From an uncultured virus (IMG/VR IMGVR_UViG_3300027227_000004) (Duplodnaviria; Heunggongvirae; Uroviricota; Caudoviricetes), in the IMG/VR virus record IMGVR_UViG_3300027227_000004: a stretch of DNA of 20,000 nucleotides; one strand, given 5' to 3'. Below, piece by piece: positions 7,861 through 16,587 of the stretch. Position numbers and translations under genes: made by a program. The notes beneath the pieces were generated by a model. That model worked only from the letters and a program-made list of their open reading frames with translations. It was not told where the DNA came from and ran no database searches. The number at the start of each line of letters is the position of its first letter. Position 1 is the first letter of the stretch.

Positions 7861-8252
7861 TGGGTGAGTATAATAAAGAAATACGTAACAGAATTAAGCT
7901 TTCTGTTGCAGCTTATGCTTATGCGTACAAGAATGAATCTATTATGTCTGACGCAAAGTTTGATGAGCCTTCTAGGGTTCTATCACAAGGAAGTATGATT
8001 ATGGAAACTAATAAACAGCTACTGGCAATTCTTGACAGCGCAGAAAATCTTCGTCTGCGTACTACGATGTCTCGAAATAACAATATTAAGAGGAAATTGA
8101 TGGATGCAGCAAATGAAGGACTTAATTACACAAGTTTTCCAGAAGAAACTCTCACTAAAGAAGATATTTTCAGCCTTAAAGAATTGGGCTACACAATTTA
8201 TCACGTTGTTGCTCCGTTCAGTAAAAAGACCACATATGAAGTTTGTTGGTAA
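7860..8252 (+). CDS. NAD-ligase domain Ia-like N-terminal fragment in frame with a hypothetical protein (probable second start at 8001)
   Basis: AAYAYAYKNESIMSDAKFD resembles the ligase Ia Y-Y...D-x-x-Y/F-D motif; internal AAGGA RBS before ATG 8001. Confidence 0.5.
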   Translation: MGEYNKEIRNRIKLSVAAYAYAYKNESIMSDAKFDEPSRVLSQGSMIMETNKQLLAILDSAENLRLRTTMSRNNNIKRKLMDAANEGLNYTSFPEETLTKEDIFSLKELGYTIYHVVAPFSKKTTYEVCW

Positions 8253-8460
8253 ATACTTCTTTAGAGTGTTTACTGCCCTGTCTGTATTAGTTAACGTAAT
8301 GTTAGGTGGGCAACTAGGACAAACTTTTTCAGCTAGAAACTGGCAGTGGAAGAAAGATGGTAAGCTAAATCTAGTATGGTTAATTGATTTCTTATGTCTG
8401 CCGTTAGAAACAAATCACTGCTCCCACGCTTGGGTGTGGTGGAAAACAAGGAGGTGGTAA
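8236..8460 (+). CDS. Hypothetical phage protein, hydrophobic N-terminus
   Basis: N-x-x-LGG...TFSAR...W-x-ID...HC pattern; start moved to 8236 to avoid a long overlap. Confidence 0.65.
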   Translation: MKFVGKYFFRVFTALSVLVNVMLGGQLGQTFSARNWQWKKDGKLNLVWLIDFLCLPLETNHCSHAWVWWKTRRW

Positions 8461-8684
8461 TGTTCACTGTAGAGTTTGAATCAGATGCTGCTGTCATTCG
8501 TTCTCTCGCAGAAGATGATATGCATGAGGATATTGAAATTATTATTGGTGATGATGGAACCGTATTTATACGGCAATGGCAAGACTGGAAGGATGAATAC
8601 GACGTTTTACACATCAGCTGGCAGCAGCTAATTGATGTTGTTTCAGCTATTAATTCCCCTGAAGGCGCATTCTATAGGAGATAA
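8460..8684 (+). CDS. Hypothetical acidic protein
   Basis: AGGAGG RBS, TAATG coupling at 8460. Confidence 0.75.
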   Translation: MFTVEFESDAAVIRSLAEDDMHEDIEIIIGDDGTVFIRQWQDWKDEYDVLHISWQQLIDVVSAINSPEGAFYRR

Positions 8685-8686
8685 CT

Positions 8687-8971
8687 ATGCGTACTGAAAT
8701 CTATAACGAACTTGCTCTTCACTTTGTTGAAAATGAAACTACTGATGAGACTCTTTTCACAGGCTTTTCAAGCGAATCTGGTGAAGTTATGAAAGAACGA
8801 ATGAAAGAAGTTCGCAAAAAGATGGATCGAACAGATGAAATTATTGACGAATGTTCTGATGTTCTATGGTATATTACCGTTATTGCTCATAAACGAGGTA
8901 AGACTTTAAAAGATCTGATGGATCATAACATTTCTAAACTTGAGCTTCGTCTTCTTGGAAACAAGGTGTAA
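8687..8971 (+). CDS. mazG: MazG-like NTP pyrophosphohydrolase
   Basis: ESGEV...DECSDVLWY...NISKL-x-x-R. Confidence 0.8.
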   Translation: MRTEIYNELALHFVENETTDETLFTGFSSESGEVMKERMKEVRKKMDRTDEIIDECSDVLWYITVIAHKRGKTLKDLMDHNISKLELRLLGNKV

Positions 8972-8972
8972 C

Positions 8973-9170
8973 ATGAAACCTAAATTTAAACACGACTGCG
9001 AGGATCGTTCTTGCTGTCGTTTTATTACACACCGCAAGGGTAAAGACATTTATACCTATAATATTGGTCAAGGAATTCTTGTAAGATTTGGAGACGAACC
9101 ACAAGATAATTTAACTTATGACCTAGAAGTATTAACAAAAATTGGAGTACTTGATGATTGGATTAGTTGA
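8973..9170 (+). CDS. Hypothetical protein (HDC...CC)
   Basis: AAGGT RBS before ATG 8973. Confidence 0.65.
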   Translation: MKPKFKHDCEDRSCCRFITHRKGKDIYTYNIGQGILVRFGDEPQDNLTYDLEVLTKIGVLDDWIS

Positions 9171-9879
9171 CGGTGATGGATTTATTTATTTTGCTTATTG
9201 GAAGAAAGATAATCTCACCGCTGCTGTTGCTCACCTTCACGAGCTAATTGATAACGCAAAAAATGAAAACTTTTGTGATTATTTAGCTATTGCGGTGGGA
9301 GGCTCTGATAACTGGCGAAATGATTTTTATTGGGGTTACAAGAAGTCAGTAGGTCGTGAGAATTCTCGTAAAACAATGCCTGAATGGTTGCCTGACCTTA
9401 AAGCAGAGCTTGCTAATCGTTCAGATGCAATCCTGACAGACAACATTGAGGCAGACGATGTGATTCGAATGTGGGCTGAACAATGTAAGGCGCATAATAA
9501 GGATTACATTGTAATTAGTCATGACAAAGATCTTGACTGTATTGAAGGCTTGCACTTTGATCCTCGTAAATGGAGAAACTATCACGTTTCTGAAGAACAA
9601 TCAGATGTTTCTTATTGGAAACAATTACTTATGGGGGATGGAATTGATAACATTCCAGGAATTAAGGGAATTGGTCCTAAGAAAGCGGATAAGCTGCTTG
9701 AAGGGCTTCAAACGCATGAAGAGAGAAGGAGACTTGTTTGCCAAGAGTATTATAAAGTATACGGTAATGAAGGATATGCTAACCTTCTTGCTAATGGCCG
9801 TCTTCTTCATATTATGCGGCATGTTAATGATTACTTTAGCTTAAGTAAGGAAGAATATGAAAAAGCCATTAGCTGTTAA
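9154..9879 (+). CDS. 5'-3' exonuclease / RNase H (T7 gp6-like)
   Basis: VDGD, EADD, DKDL, GDGIDNIPGIKGIGPKKA (H3TH); GGAG RBS before ATG 9154. Confidence 0.93.
   Translation: MIGLVDGDGFIYFAYWKKDNLTAAVAHLHELIDNAKNENFCDYLAIAVGGSDNWRNDFYWGYKKSVGRENSRKTMPEWLPDLKAELANRSDAILTDNIEADDVIRMWAEQCKAHNKDYIVISHDKDLDCIEGLHFDPRKWRNYHVSEEQSDVSYWKQLLMGDGIDNIPGIKGIGPKKADKLLEGLQTHEERRRLVCQEYYKVYGNEGYANLLANGRLLHIMRHVNDYFSLSKEEYEKAISC
9389..9408 (+). promoter_or_regulatory. Degenerate promoter copy (TGCCTGACCTTAAAGCAGAG)
   Basis: 16/20 match to consensus with the core intact; inside the exonuclease gene, upstream of the primase-helicase. Confidence 0.5.
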
Positions 9880-10333
9880 CGAGTTAGGGCATTGGCAATT
9901 TAAAGGAAAACTAGACCATAGTGACTACTTTGGATTTCTCTATGCTATTGAGAATAAAGAAACTGGTCAGTGGTATATCGGTAAAAAGAACTTTTTTATC
10001 CGTGGCAAGAAATCATCAAAACAGTATGGTAAAGAACATAGTTGGAGAACATACACTGGATCGTCAGCAGCACTAAATAAAGACATCTCAAAGTACGGTA
10101 AAGACAAATTTAACTTCATAATTATTGATCTTTACAAAACTAAAGGTGGTCTTTATTACGCCGAAGCATATACACAAATGTTGCTTGAAGTAATGACTAC
10201 TTACTTGACTGACGGTAAAACTCCACGGTTTTACAATAGACAAATTGCTGCCATTCGCTTCGTTCCAAAAGAGGAGGTAAGCCTCAAAACAAAACGATTC
10301 ATAACAAAATTAAAAGGAAAACTTTATGCCTAG
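9857..10333 (+). CDS. GIY-YIG family endonuclease
   Basis: GFLYAIENKETGQWYIGKK, YTGSS, conserved E and RFYN. Confidence 0.8.
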   Translation: MKKPLAVNELGHWQFKGKLDHSDYFGFLYAIENKETGQWYIGKKNFFIRGKKSSKQYGKEHSWRTYTGSSAALNKDISKYGKDKFNFIIIDLYKTKGGLYYAEAYTQMLLEVMTTYLTDGKTPRFYNRQIAAIRFVPKEEVSLKTKRFITKLKGKLYA

Positions 10334-10514
10334 TTTAGCAGTTGCTCTTTACATTTCAAGTCTTATCACGATAGGTGCTCAAATACTATCTATGATGTTA
10401 GGTTTTCCTCTTATGAATCCTCTAAGTGCTATAATGATTTTTATGTTCTTTCAAGAACTTTCTAAACTCGTAATCCAATTCTCAGGAAGTGAAGATGGGG
10501 AAGATAGTAAGTAA
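10326..10514 (+). CDS. Small membrane protein
   Basis: Two hydrophobic stretches, AAGGA RBS. Confidence 0.65.
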   Translation: MPSLAVALYISSLITIGAQILSMMLGFPLMNPLSAIMIFMFFQELSKLVIQFSGSEDGEDSK

Positions 10515-12201
10515 AAACCAACCTTGTATTTATTGCGGAAGTAAGGACAATAGACAGGTATATAATGACGGGTGGTCACATTGTTTTACCCCCGGATGCC
10601 CAAAGCCACATGTAAACGAGGACACAATGGAAATTGATGATTTAGAAGCGGAGTTTGCTGCTGTAAACGGTAGCAATCAGAAAGCTTCTGGAAATAAGCT
10701 AACTGTTGAAGAGATTTATAACGAGTACCCTTTTGCAGCCGATACAGAACGGCTTATCTCAATCGATGTTATGAAGTATTATGGCTGCAAAGTTGGTTAT
10801 GATGGTTCTGGCAAGATTAACGAAAAGTTTTATGCCTACAACTTCGATGAAAATAAAGTACCTCAAGCATACAAGTCACGAGTTCTACCCAAGGACTTCG
10901 GCAAGCGAGGCTCTATTGGTAAAGTAAAAGGTTTATATGGCTCTCATCTTAATTCTGGGGGTAAGCGCCTTGTTATCACTGAAGGAGAAGAAGATGCTCA
11001 TGCGATTCAAGCCGCATGGTTCAAGAAGTACAAAACGTTTTATCCTGTAGAGTCTCTTCGTGGTGCTAGTGTAACTAAAGATCTCATCGAAGATCGGGCT
11101 CGTATTCGTAACTTTGAAGAAGTTATCCTCTGGCTTGATGGTGATGAAGCGGGTGCAGTAGCCACTAAGGAGGCTGCTCGCATCATTGGTTATGATAAGG
11201 TAAAAATTGTAAAGGCTAATGAGAAAGATGCCTCCGATGTATGGGTTAAGTCCAAAGGAGATCCTAATCAGCTATTAAAGTTTATTTACAATGCTCAACC
11301 TTACACTCCTGCAGGGATTCTTACAAAAGACCAACTATGGTCTCAGCTAGAAGCCTACAATGAAATCGAATCAGTACCTTATCCTTCTTTTATGACAGGG
11401 CTTAACGACAAACTAAAGGGGATGCGTTTCGGTGAGATTACTTTGTGGACTTCTGGTACAGGTTCTGGTAAATCTACCTTGCTTCGAGAGATTGCACTAC
11501 ATCTTGTTGAAACAACAGAAGATAAAATCGGTATCATTTCTCTAGAAGAAAGCCCTGCAGAAACTGCTCGTAAGATGTCGGGAATGAAGATTAATAAGAA
11601 TCCCGCCAAGGCTGAAATCCCTATTGAAGAACTTAAAATCGGTTTTGATGGGACTTTCGGCACGGATCGTATTATGGTTCTAGATCATCAGGGCAGTATT
11701 TCTGATGGCTCGATTATGGACTTTCTTGAGTATATGTGTCTAAGCGGTTGTAAATATTTGTTTATTGACCACATTACAATTCTTGCCTCTGAGGGCACTG
11801 AGGGGCTAACAGGTAACGAAGCCGTTGATAAGATTATGAATGATCTTCTTCGTCTTGTAAAGAAGCATAGTGTGTGGATTGGGCTTATCTCCCACCTTCG
11901 TAAAGCAGATAACAAGAAGAAGTCGTTTGAAGAGGGCCGACTGCCTTCTATGGATGATATTCGTGGTTCTGGCTCAATTAAACAGATCTCAATGGATATT
12001 ATTGCGTTCTCCCGCAATGTAAGTTCTGCTATTGAGTCCGAGAGAAATACAATTCTAACTAAGGTTCTTAAGTGCCGATATACAGGTCTAACTGGTCCTT
12101 CTGGGGCACTTACTTATGACTTTGATACAGGCAGACTTAAACGAGGTGAAGGTTTTGATAGTATCGATGACGAGTTTGATCTAGAAGGAATTGAGTTGTG
12201 A
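10495..12201 (+). CDS. Primase-helicase (T7 gp4-like)
   Basis: Zn ribbon CIYC...CFTPGC, TOPRIM EGEED and DGDEAG, Walker A GTGSGKST, IDH, SHLRK, DIRGSGSIKQ, KCRYTG. Confidence 0.96.
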   Translation: MGKIVSKNQPCIYCGSKDNRQVYNDGWSHCFTPGCPKPHVNEDTMEIDDLEAEFAAVNGSNQKASGNKLTVEEIYNEYPFAADTERLISIDVMKYYGCKVGYDGSGKINEKFYAYNFDENKVPQAYKSRVLPKDFGKRGSIGKVKGLYGSHLNSGGKRLVITEGEEDAHAIQAAWFKKYKTFYPVESLRGASVTKDLIEDRARIRNFEEVILWLDGDEAGAVATKEAARIIGYDKVKIVKANEKDASDVWVKSKGDPNQLLKFIYNAQPYTPAGILTKDQLWSQLEAYNEIESVPYPSFMTGLNDKLKGMRFGEITLWTSGTGSGKSTLLREIALHLVETTEDKIGIISLEESPAETARKMSGMKINKNPAKAEIPIEELKIGFDGTFGTDRIMVLDHQGSISDGSIMDFLEYMCLSGCKYLFIDHITILASEGTEGLTGNEAVDKIMNDLLRLVKKHSVWIGLISHLRKADNKKKSFEEGRLPSMDDIRGSGSIKQISMDIIAFSRNVSSAIESERNTILTKVLKCRYTGLTGPSGALTYDFDTGRLKRGEGFDSIDDEFDLEGIEL

Positions 12202-12467
12202 ACAAAGAGATAAATATGGCAGCACACGAGTATTTAGTGTTTTACTCCATTATTGCTAATCTATTAAGAGTAATTGAAGAGTACGAAGCAATGCTTCCCA
12301 TTGAGCAGTCAAAGTTAGAAGCACTACCTGATCGTTTTTATGATTGGGTAGTTGGCTTTATGGAAGAAGCTAACGATATGCCAGATGAAAATTTTAAAAT
12401 GTTAGTTGACTATTTCGAGAATAGTTTAAATAAGAATACTGATTTCCACAAAAAAGGATTACAATAA
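12198..12467 (+). CDS. Hypothetical protein
   Basis: AGGA RBS, GTGA overlap. Confidence 0.7.
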   Translation: MNKEINMAAHEYLVFYSIIANLLRVIEEYEAMLPIEQSKLEALPDRFYDWVVGFMEEANDMPDENFKMLVDYFENSLNKNTDFHKKGLQ

Positions 12468-12718
12468 TGAGTGATGAACTAAACGAACATCTATGGGATT
12501 ATGCCAACAAGGTAATGTACCCTACAATTAAAACTGAAGATGAATGTGATAAGTTTTTAACAGGTCTTAAGAAGTTTAATGCATCTGAGAAGGAGCTTCT
12601 TAAAGACTATTGGACACTAATTACTTTCGGCTCAATTCCATACTACGAAGATGATGTATTTAAAGAAGAAGAATTAGCTGACGTTAAAGAACAAGAAGAA
12701 ACTGAAGAAGAAGAATAA
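12467..12718 (+). CDS. Hypothetical protein with acidic tail
   Basis: AAGGA RBS, TAATG overlap. Confidence 0.7.
   Translation: MSDELNEHLWDYANKVMYPTIKTEDECDKFLTGLKKFNASEKELLKDYWTLITFGSIPYYEDDVFKEEELADVKEQEETEEEE
12675..12694 (+). promoter_or_regulatory. Putative phage RNAP promoter, copy 3 (TAGCTGACGTTAAAGAACAA; predicted +1 = 12689)
   Basis: 18/20 match; lies in the 3' end of the previous ORF, 35 nt before the RNR ATG. Confidence 0.8.
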
Positions 12719-12729
12719 GGAGAAATAAA

Positions 12730-14595
12730 ATGGACGCCTATAGAAGCTTTATCCACTTGTCTCGCTACTCACGTTTTCTAGATGACAAAGGTCGTCGTGA
12801 ATCATGGGAAGAGACTGTAGATCGTGTTATTAACTTCTGGAAGAAGCAAGTTGGAAATAAACTTTCTGACACTGATTTTAAAGAAATCGAGCAAGCTATT
12901 CTCAACCATGATGTTATGCCTTCTATGCGGTCAATGTGGTCGGCAGGTGAAGCACTAGAGAAGAATCACTTCCGTGGCTATAACTGTGCTTTTACCGCTG
13001 TAGATCATCAACGTGTATTCGATGAAATCCTGTATGTACTTATGGCAGGTACAGGTGTTGGCTTCTCAGCAGAAGCTAAATACGTCAATAAACTACCTAT
13101 TATCAATGACACCTTCACTAAGACTGAGCGTGTTATTCAAGTAGAAGATTCAGCCGAAGGTTGGGCCAAGGCCCTCCGTAAACTTATTGCAGACCTCTAT
13201 CTAGGAAACGAACATGAATGGGATTATAGCAAGATTAGGCCCGAAGGCGCTCGACTTAAGACTATGGGCGGAAGAGCTTCTGGTCCGAAACCACTTATGG
13301 ATCTTTTTGACTTTGTAACCAAAACATTTAAAAATGCCGCTGGTCGTAAACTTCGACCCATTGAAGTTCATGACATGGTATGTAAAATCGCAGAAATTGT
13401 TGTTGTAGGTGGTGTACGCCGTTCTGCACTACTTTCACTCTCTGACCTTGGTGATCCTGAGATTCGTGATTGCAAATCAGGACAGTGGTGGGTAAATACC
13501 CCACATCGTGCTCTTGCTAATAACTCCGGTGCGTATGAACAGAAGCCCTCCATGGCAGTTTTCATGGAAGAGTGGATGTCTCTCATGAAGTCAGGCTCCG
13601 GTGAGCGAGGTATTGTGTCTCGTTACGGTCTTCAGGAAATGGCTCCAGAACGCCGTGATGGCGAACAGCTAGTAGGGCTTAACCCTTGTGCGGAGATTGC
13701 TCTTCGTTCTGCTCAACTCTGCAACTTATCAGAGGTTGTTGCTCGTGAAAACGATACTAAAGAAGATCTGCTTCGTAAAGTTCGTATTGCAACAATTCTT
13801 GGTACTCTTCAAGCTACACTTACTGACTTCAAATATGTTCGTTCAGTATGGCGTAAGAACTGTGAGGAAGAACGACTTCTTGGTGTTTCACTGACTGGTA
13901 TTCAGGACTGTAAACTACTTCGTAATCCTGATCCACAACTACTAGAGGATATGAAAGCGCATGCAGTGGATATTAATCGTGAGTATGCTGGAATTCTTGG
14001 TATTAATTCTGCTGCCGCTATTACTACCGTCAAGCCTTCCGGCACGGTATCTCAACTTGTTGACAGCTCTTCAGGTATTCACGGGCGCTTTGCACCTTAT
14101 TATATCCGTCGTGTACGCCAAGCGAACCATGACCCACTAACACAAATGCTAAAAGATCAGGGCGTTCCTAATGAACCTGATGCGATGAACCCACTTAAAA
14201 CAACTATCTTTAGCTTCCCAATCAAGTCTCCAAAAGGTGCTACACTTGCTAACAATCAAACAGCTATTGAACAGCTAGAAAATTGGCTTGTGTTTAAGAA
14301 GTATTGGGCAGAGCACTCTGTATCCGTTACTGTTTATGTAAAAGAACACGAGTGGCTTGAAGTTGGTGATTGGGTTTACAAGCATTTCGATATGGTAACT
14401 GGCATCAGTTTCCTACCTTACTCTGAACACACTTATCAACAAGCGCCTTACGAGGATATTAACGTGCTAGAGTTTGATAAGCTTGTTGCAGCTATGCCTG
14501 TAGTTGACTTCTCTAAGCTCCCAGAGTATGAACTTGAAGACAACACTGAAGGTGCCCAAACTCTAGCTTGCGCCGCTGGTGGTTGCGAAATCTAA
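12730..14595 (+). CDS. nrdJ: Class II (adenosylcobalamin-dependent) ribonucleotide reductase
   Basis: GGVRRSA, NPCAEI (thiyl Cys), TVKPSGTVSQL, C-terminal CAAGGCEI; no small subunit in the window. Confidence 0.95.
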   Translation: MDAYRSFIHLSRYSRFLDDKGRRESWEETVDRVINFWKKQVGNKLSDTDFKEIEQAILNHDVMPSMRSMWSAGEALEKNHFRGYNCAFTAVDHQRVFDEILYVLMAGTGVGFSAEAKYVNKLPIINDTFTKTERVIQVEDSAEGWAKALRKLIADLYLGNEHEWDYSKIRPEGARLKTMGGRASGPKPLMDLFDFVTKTFKNAAGRKLRPIEVHDMVCKIAEIVVVGGVRRSALLSLSDLGDPEIRDCKSGQWWVNTPHRALANNSGAYEQKPSMAVFMEEWMSLMKSGSGERGIVSRYGLQEMAPERRDGEQLVGLNPCAEIALRSAQLCNLSEVVARENDTKEDLLRKVRIATILGTLQATLTDFKYVRSVWRKNCEEERLLGVSLTGIQDCKLLRNPDPQLLEDMKAHAVDINREYAGILGINSAAAITTVKPSGTVSQLVDSSSGIHGRFAPYYIRRVRQANHDPLTQMLKDQGVPNEPDAMNPLKTTIFSFPIKSPKGATLANNQTAIEQLENWLVFKKYWAEHSVSVTVYVKEHEWLEVGDWVYKHFDMVTGISFLPYSEHTYQQAPYEDINVLEFDKLVAAMPVVDFSKLPEYELEDNTEGAQTLACAAGGCEI

Positions 14596-14615
14596 TACCT
14601 GACATTAAAGAACAA
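14596..14615 (+). promoter_or_regulatory. Putative phage RNAP promoter, copy 4 (TACCTGACATTAAAGAACAA; predicted +1 = 14610)
   Basis: Starts immediately after the RNR stop, intergenic, 19/20 match. Confidence 0.85.
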
Positions 14616-14642
14616 CACCTAGGCAAGTGTATAAAAGGCTTA
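14615..14642 (+). ncRNA. Putative compact H-type pseudoknot, copy A
   Basis: Stem 1 ACAC/GTGT, 8-nt loop CTAGGCAA; loop TAGGC pairs with GCTTA (one G-U); homologous to 17450-17476. Confidence 0.55.
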
Positions 14643-14662
14643 TTATCACATAGGAGAGTAAT

Positions 14663-14842
14663 ATGAAGTATTTAAAAAAAGTGTCAGAGTTCAATGTAGA
14701 GTTTATCTCTAATGGTTTTATTGTTTCTTATAATGGTTATAATGAGAACGACGAATGGGAGTCTGAAAAGTTTTATGCTTCAACAATGTTAAAACTTAAA
14801 CAAATGATCAATATCATTGACACTATGAACAAGGATAAGTAA
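14663..14842 (+). CDS. Hypothetical protein, 59 aa (not in ORF track): MKYLKKVSEFNVEFISNGF...
   Basis: AGGAG RBS, open frame to TAA 14840-14842. Confidence 0.75.
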   Translation: MKYLKKVSEFNVEFISNGFIVSYNGYNENDEWESEKFYASTMLKLKQMINIIDTMNKDK

Positions 14843-14843
14843 T

Positions 14844-15044
14844 ATGAAAATCGGATTTCTACCTGCACTAGCCCTGATTTTTATCACCCTTAAACTTACA
14901 AACTACATTGCATGGTCTTGGTTTTGGGTTGTTAGCCCAATTGTGATTCCTCTAATTATTTCGCTACTTATCATTTTTATTGCTGCAATTATTTCACCTG
15001 CTTCAACAAAAGAAGCACTATCACGTTACAAGGGTAAACGCTAA
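14844..15044 (+). CDS. Small membrane protein (LKL...I-x-WSW-x-WV-x-x-P family)
   Basis: Hydrophobic, with a characteristic WSWFWV motif. Confidence 0.75.
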   Translation: MKIGFLPALALIFITLKLTNYIAWSWFWVVSPIVIPLIISLLIIFIAAIISPASTKEALSRYKGKR

Positions 15045-15178
15045 TGGCTAAAGTTAATACATCTAAGTCTGTTCATACTCCAATTGTAAAACGTACTTCG
15101 ATTGGTAAAGGTAAGTTAAAGACCTCTTCAATGAACAAACACAAGCGCCGTAATAAGGGCATGTCTCATAATGGCTGA
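15044..15178 (+). CDS. Basic 44-aa peptide (not in ORF track): MAKVNTSKSVHTPIVKRTSIGKGKLKTSSMNKHKRR...
   Basis: TAATG coupling, fills the gap exactly, very K/R-rich. Confidence 0.65.
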   Translation: MAKVNTSKSVHTPIVKRTSIGKGKLKTSSMNKHKRRNKGMSHNG

Positions 15179-15428
15179 TAAGGTTATCAACTTTTTAGAA
15201 ATTTCTCAAAAAAAACGTGAAGAGGAAGACTACAACATCAACATCAATAAACATGATAACATCTTAGATGTTCTTGAAGAAGAGTATCCGATGGGTGGTA
15301 TTATCATTACTATTGATGAAGAAGGTATCGGGGTAGCCGCTACCGTAGAAGATTATGAAACAATGCGTAATGCAATGGTTTCTGCAATGATTAAATTATT
15401 AGAGAGTGGGCAAGATGAACTTGAATGA
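15171..15428 (+). CDS. Hypothetical protein
   Basis: ORF in a tightly packed gene run. Confidence 0.7.
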   Translation: MADKVINFLEISQKKREEEDYNININKHDNILDVLEEEYPMGGIIITIDEEGIGVAATVEDYETMRNAMVSAMIKLLESGQDELE

Positions 15429-15699
15429 TGCTTTTTATTATCTAGAGAATGCTAAAATCGATATCGACAATGCTATTAGTCCTTACGGACGAACGCTTCG
15501 TGGGCTTCTTACTGAGATTTATGATCTTGGTTATAGCGATGGCTCAGAACAATCAGTAGAAGAATGCGACTGTGATAACGTATTTGAAGAAGGCTATGAT
15601 GAAGGTTATAACTCAGGTTATGATACAGGAAGCGATGAAGGCTACGAGCAGGGTTATGATGACGGTTACAATGCCTGCATTGACGAGTATGCCCTATGA
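15415..15699 (+). CDS. Acidic protein with GYxx repeats (FliH/Yae1-like GxxxG pattern)
   Basis: EEGYDEGYNSGYDTGSDEGYEQGYDDGY. Confidence 0.7.
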   Translation: MNLNDAFYYLENAKIDIDNAISPYGRTLRGLLTEIYDLGYSDGSEQSVEECDCDNVFEEGYDEGYNSGYDTGSDEGYEQGYDDGYNACIDEYAL

Positions 15700-16058
15700 A
15701 TAATGTAATTCTCCAAAGGCTTAAAGAAGTTGCGGAGGACTCTGAACCTGTATCGAAGGTGCGGCTAGCCGCCGCTATATTATACAAGAACAAGATCGTA
15801 AGCATTGGTAGGAATCAGTATAAAACTCATCCTATCATGCTTAGATTTTGTAAAAATCCGGAGGCTATTTATCTCCATGCTGAAGTTGATGCCATTAACC
15901 GAGCAAAAAAGATTTTAACTGTCTCTGAGCTTTCTAAAGCAACTCTTGTTGTTATTCGTATTAAAAGAGACGGTTCTTACGCTATGGCTAAGCCTTGTGA
16001 AGGCTGTCAAGATTGTATCAATCACCACAACATCAAAAAGGTGTTCTACACACAATGA
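15696..16058 (+). CDS. Zn-dependent cytidine/deoxycytidylate deaminase-fold protein
   Basis: HAE and PCEGC motifs. Confidence 0.85.
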   Translation: MNNVILQRLKEVAEDSEPVSKVRLAAAILYKNKIVSIGRNQYKTHPIMLRFCKNPEAIYLHAEVDAINRAKKILTVSELSKATLVVIRIKRDGSYAMAKPCEGCQDCINHHNIKKVFYTQ

Positions 16059-16294
16059 TTATTGAGATTCACACAAGTAAAAACCCGCAATCAGATCAAC
16101 ATTTAATGCGAGAACTCTCTATGAATCTAAGCGTTCTATTTAATCTTCAGAACGCTCAAGAGGTTACTATCTCAACTGGCTATGGGGTCATTAAATCTAA
16201 GAAGGTAAATCTTCGTTATATAACAAAATTTTACCCTTATGATGATATTGAGGGCGTATTGGAGAAAGAAAATGTACCTGATCATCGGTCGTGA
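16055..16294 (+). CDS. Hypothetical protein
   Basis: AAGGT RBS, ATGA overlap at 16055. Confidence 0.6.
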   Translation: MIIEIHTSKNPQSDQHLMRELSMNLSVLFNLQNAQEVTISTGYGVIKSKKVNLRYITKFYPYDDIEGVLEKENVPDHRS

Positions 16295-16502
16295 TAATTG
16301 TACTTTTTGCGATAAAGCAAAAGCCCATATGGAGCGAAATTCCTTAAAGTACATTTATAAAAACATCAGTAAGATGGATGATATTGAATATAAATTTTAC
16401 GTTGATCTAGTTAAAGAGGATATCGGTATGCGAACGCTCCCTGTTATTTTTAATTTAATCGGCGGATATGATCAATTAATTAATGGAAAAAATAATGAGT
16501 GA
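16272..16502 (+). CDS. Glutaredoxin / NrdH-like redoxin
   Basis: CTFC, RTLPVIF, IGGYDQL; GGAG RBS before ATG 16272. Confidence 0.9.
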   Translation: MYLIIGRDNCTFCDKAKAHMERNSLKYIYKNISKMDDIEYKFYVDLVKEDIGMRTLPVIFNLIGGYDQLINGKNNE

Positions 16503-16587
16503 AAAAATTAGTATTGACGGTAGAACATACTTCGTGGACGAAATGAATGAAGATCAAAAATTAAAGAATTCACCAGAAAATGACTGA
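16495..16587 (+). CDS. 30-aa ORF, possibly a truncated gene (MSEKISIDGRTYFVDEMNEDQK...)
   Basis: Bridges glutaredoxin and the next gene with short overlaps at both ends. Confidence 0.4.
   Translation: MSEKISIDGRTYFVDEMNEDQKLKNSPEND

Noticed and set aside
9857..10333. GIY-YIG gene as an intron-borne mobile element
   Set aside because: It is free-standing, overlaps both neighbours, and interrupts no gene
12869..12888. Partial promoter-like match ACACTGATTTTAAAGAAATC in nrdJ
   Set aside because: Only 12/20, and it lacks the invariant TA and GAC positions
807..13894. Alternate-frame + strand ORFs (807, 1263, 6719, 9521, 13688)
   Set aside because: Fully nested in conserved enzyme genes, with no RBS or motif support
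5875..14595. Introns or inteins in polA, the primase-helicase or nrdJ
   Set aside because: ORFs are continuous, of normal length, and show no intein terminal motifs
14817..14845. Sigma70-like TTGACA-17-TAATAT
   Set aside because: The predicted start would fall inside the next gene past its ATG; likely chance in AT-rich DNA
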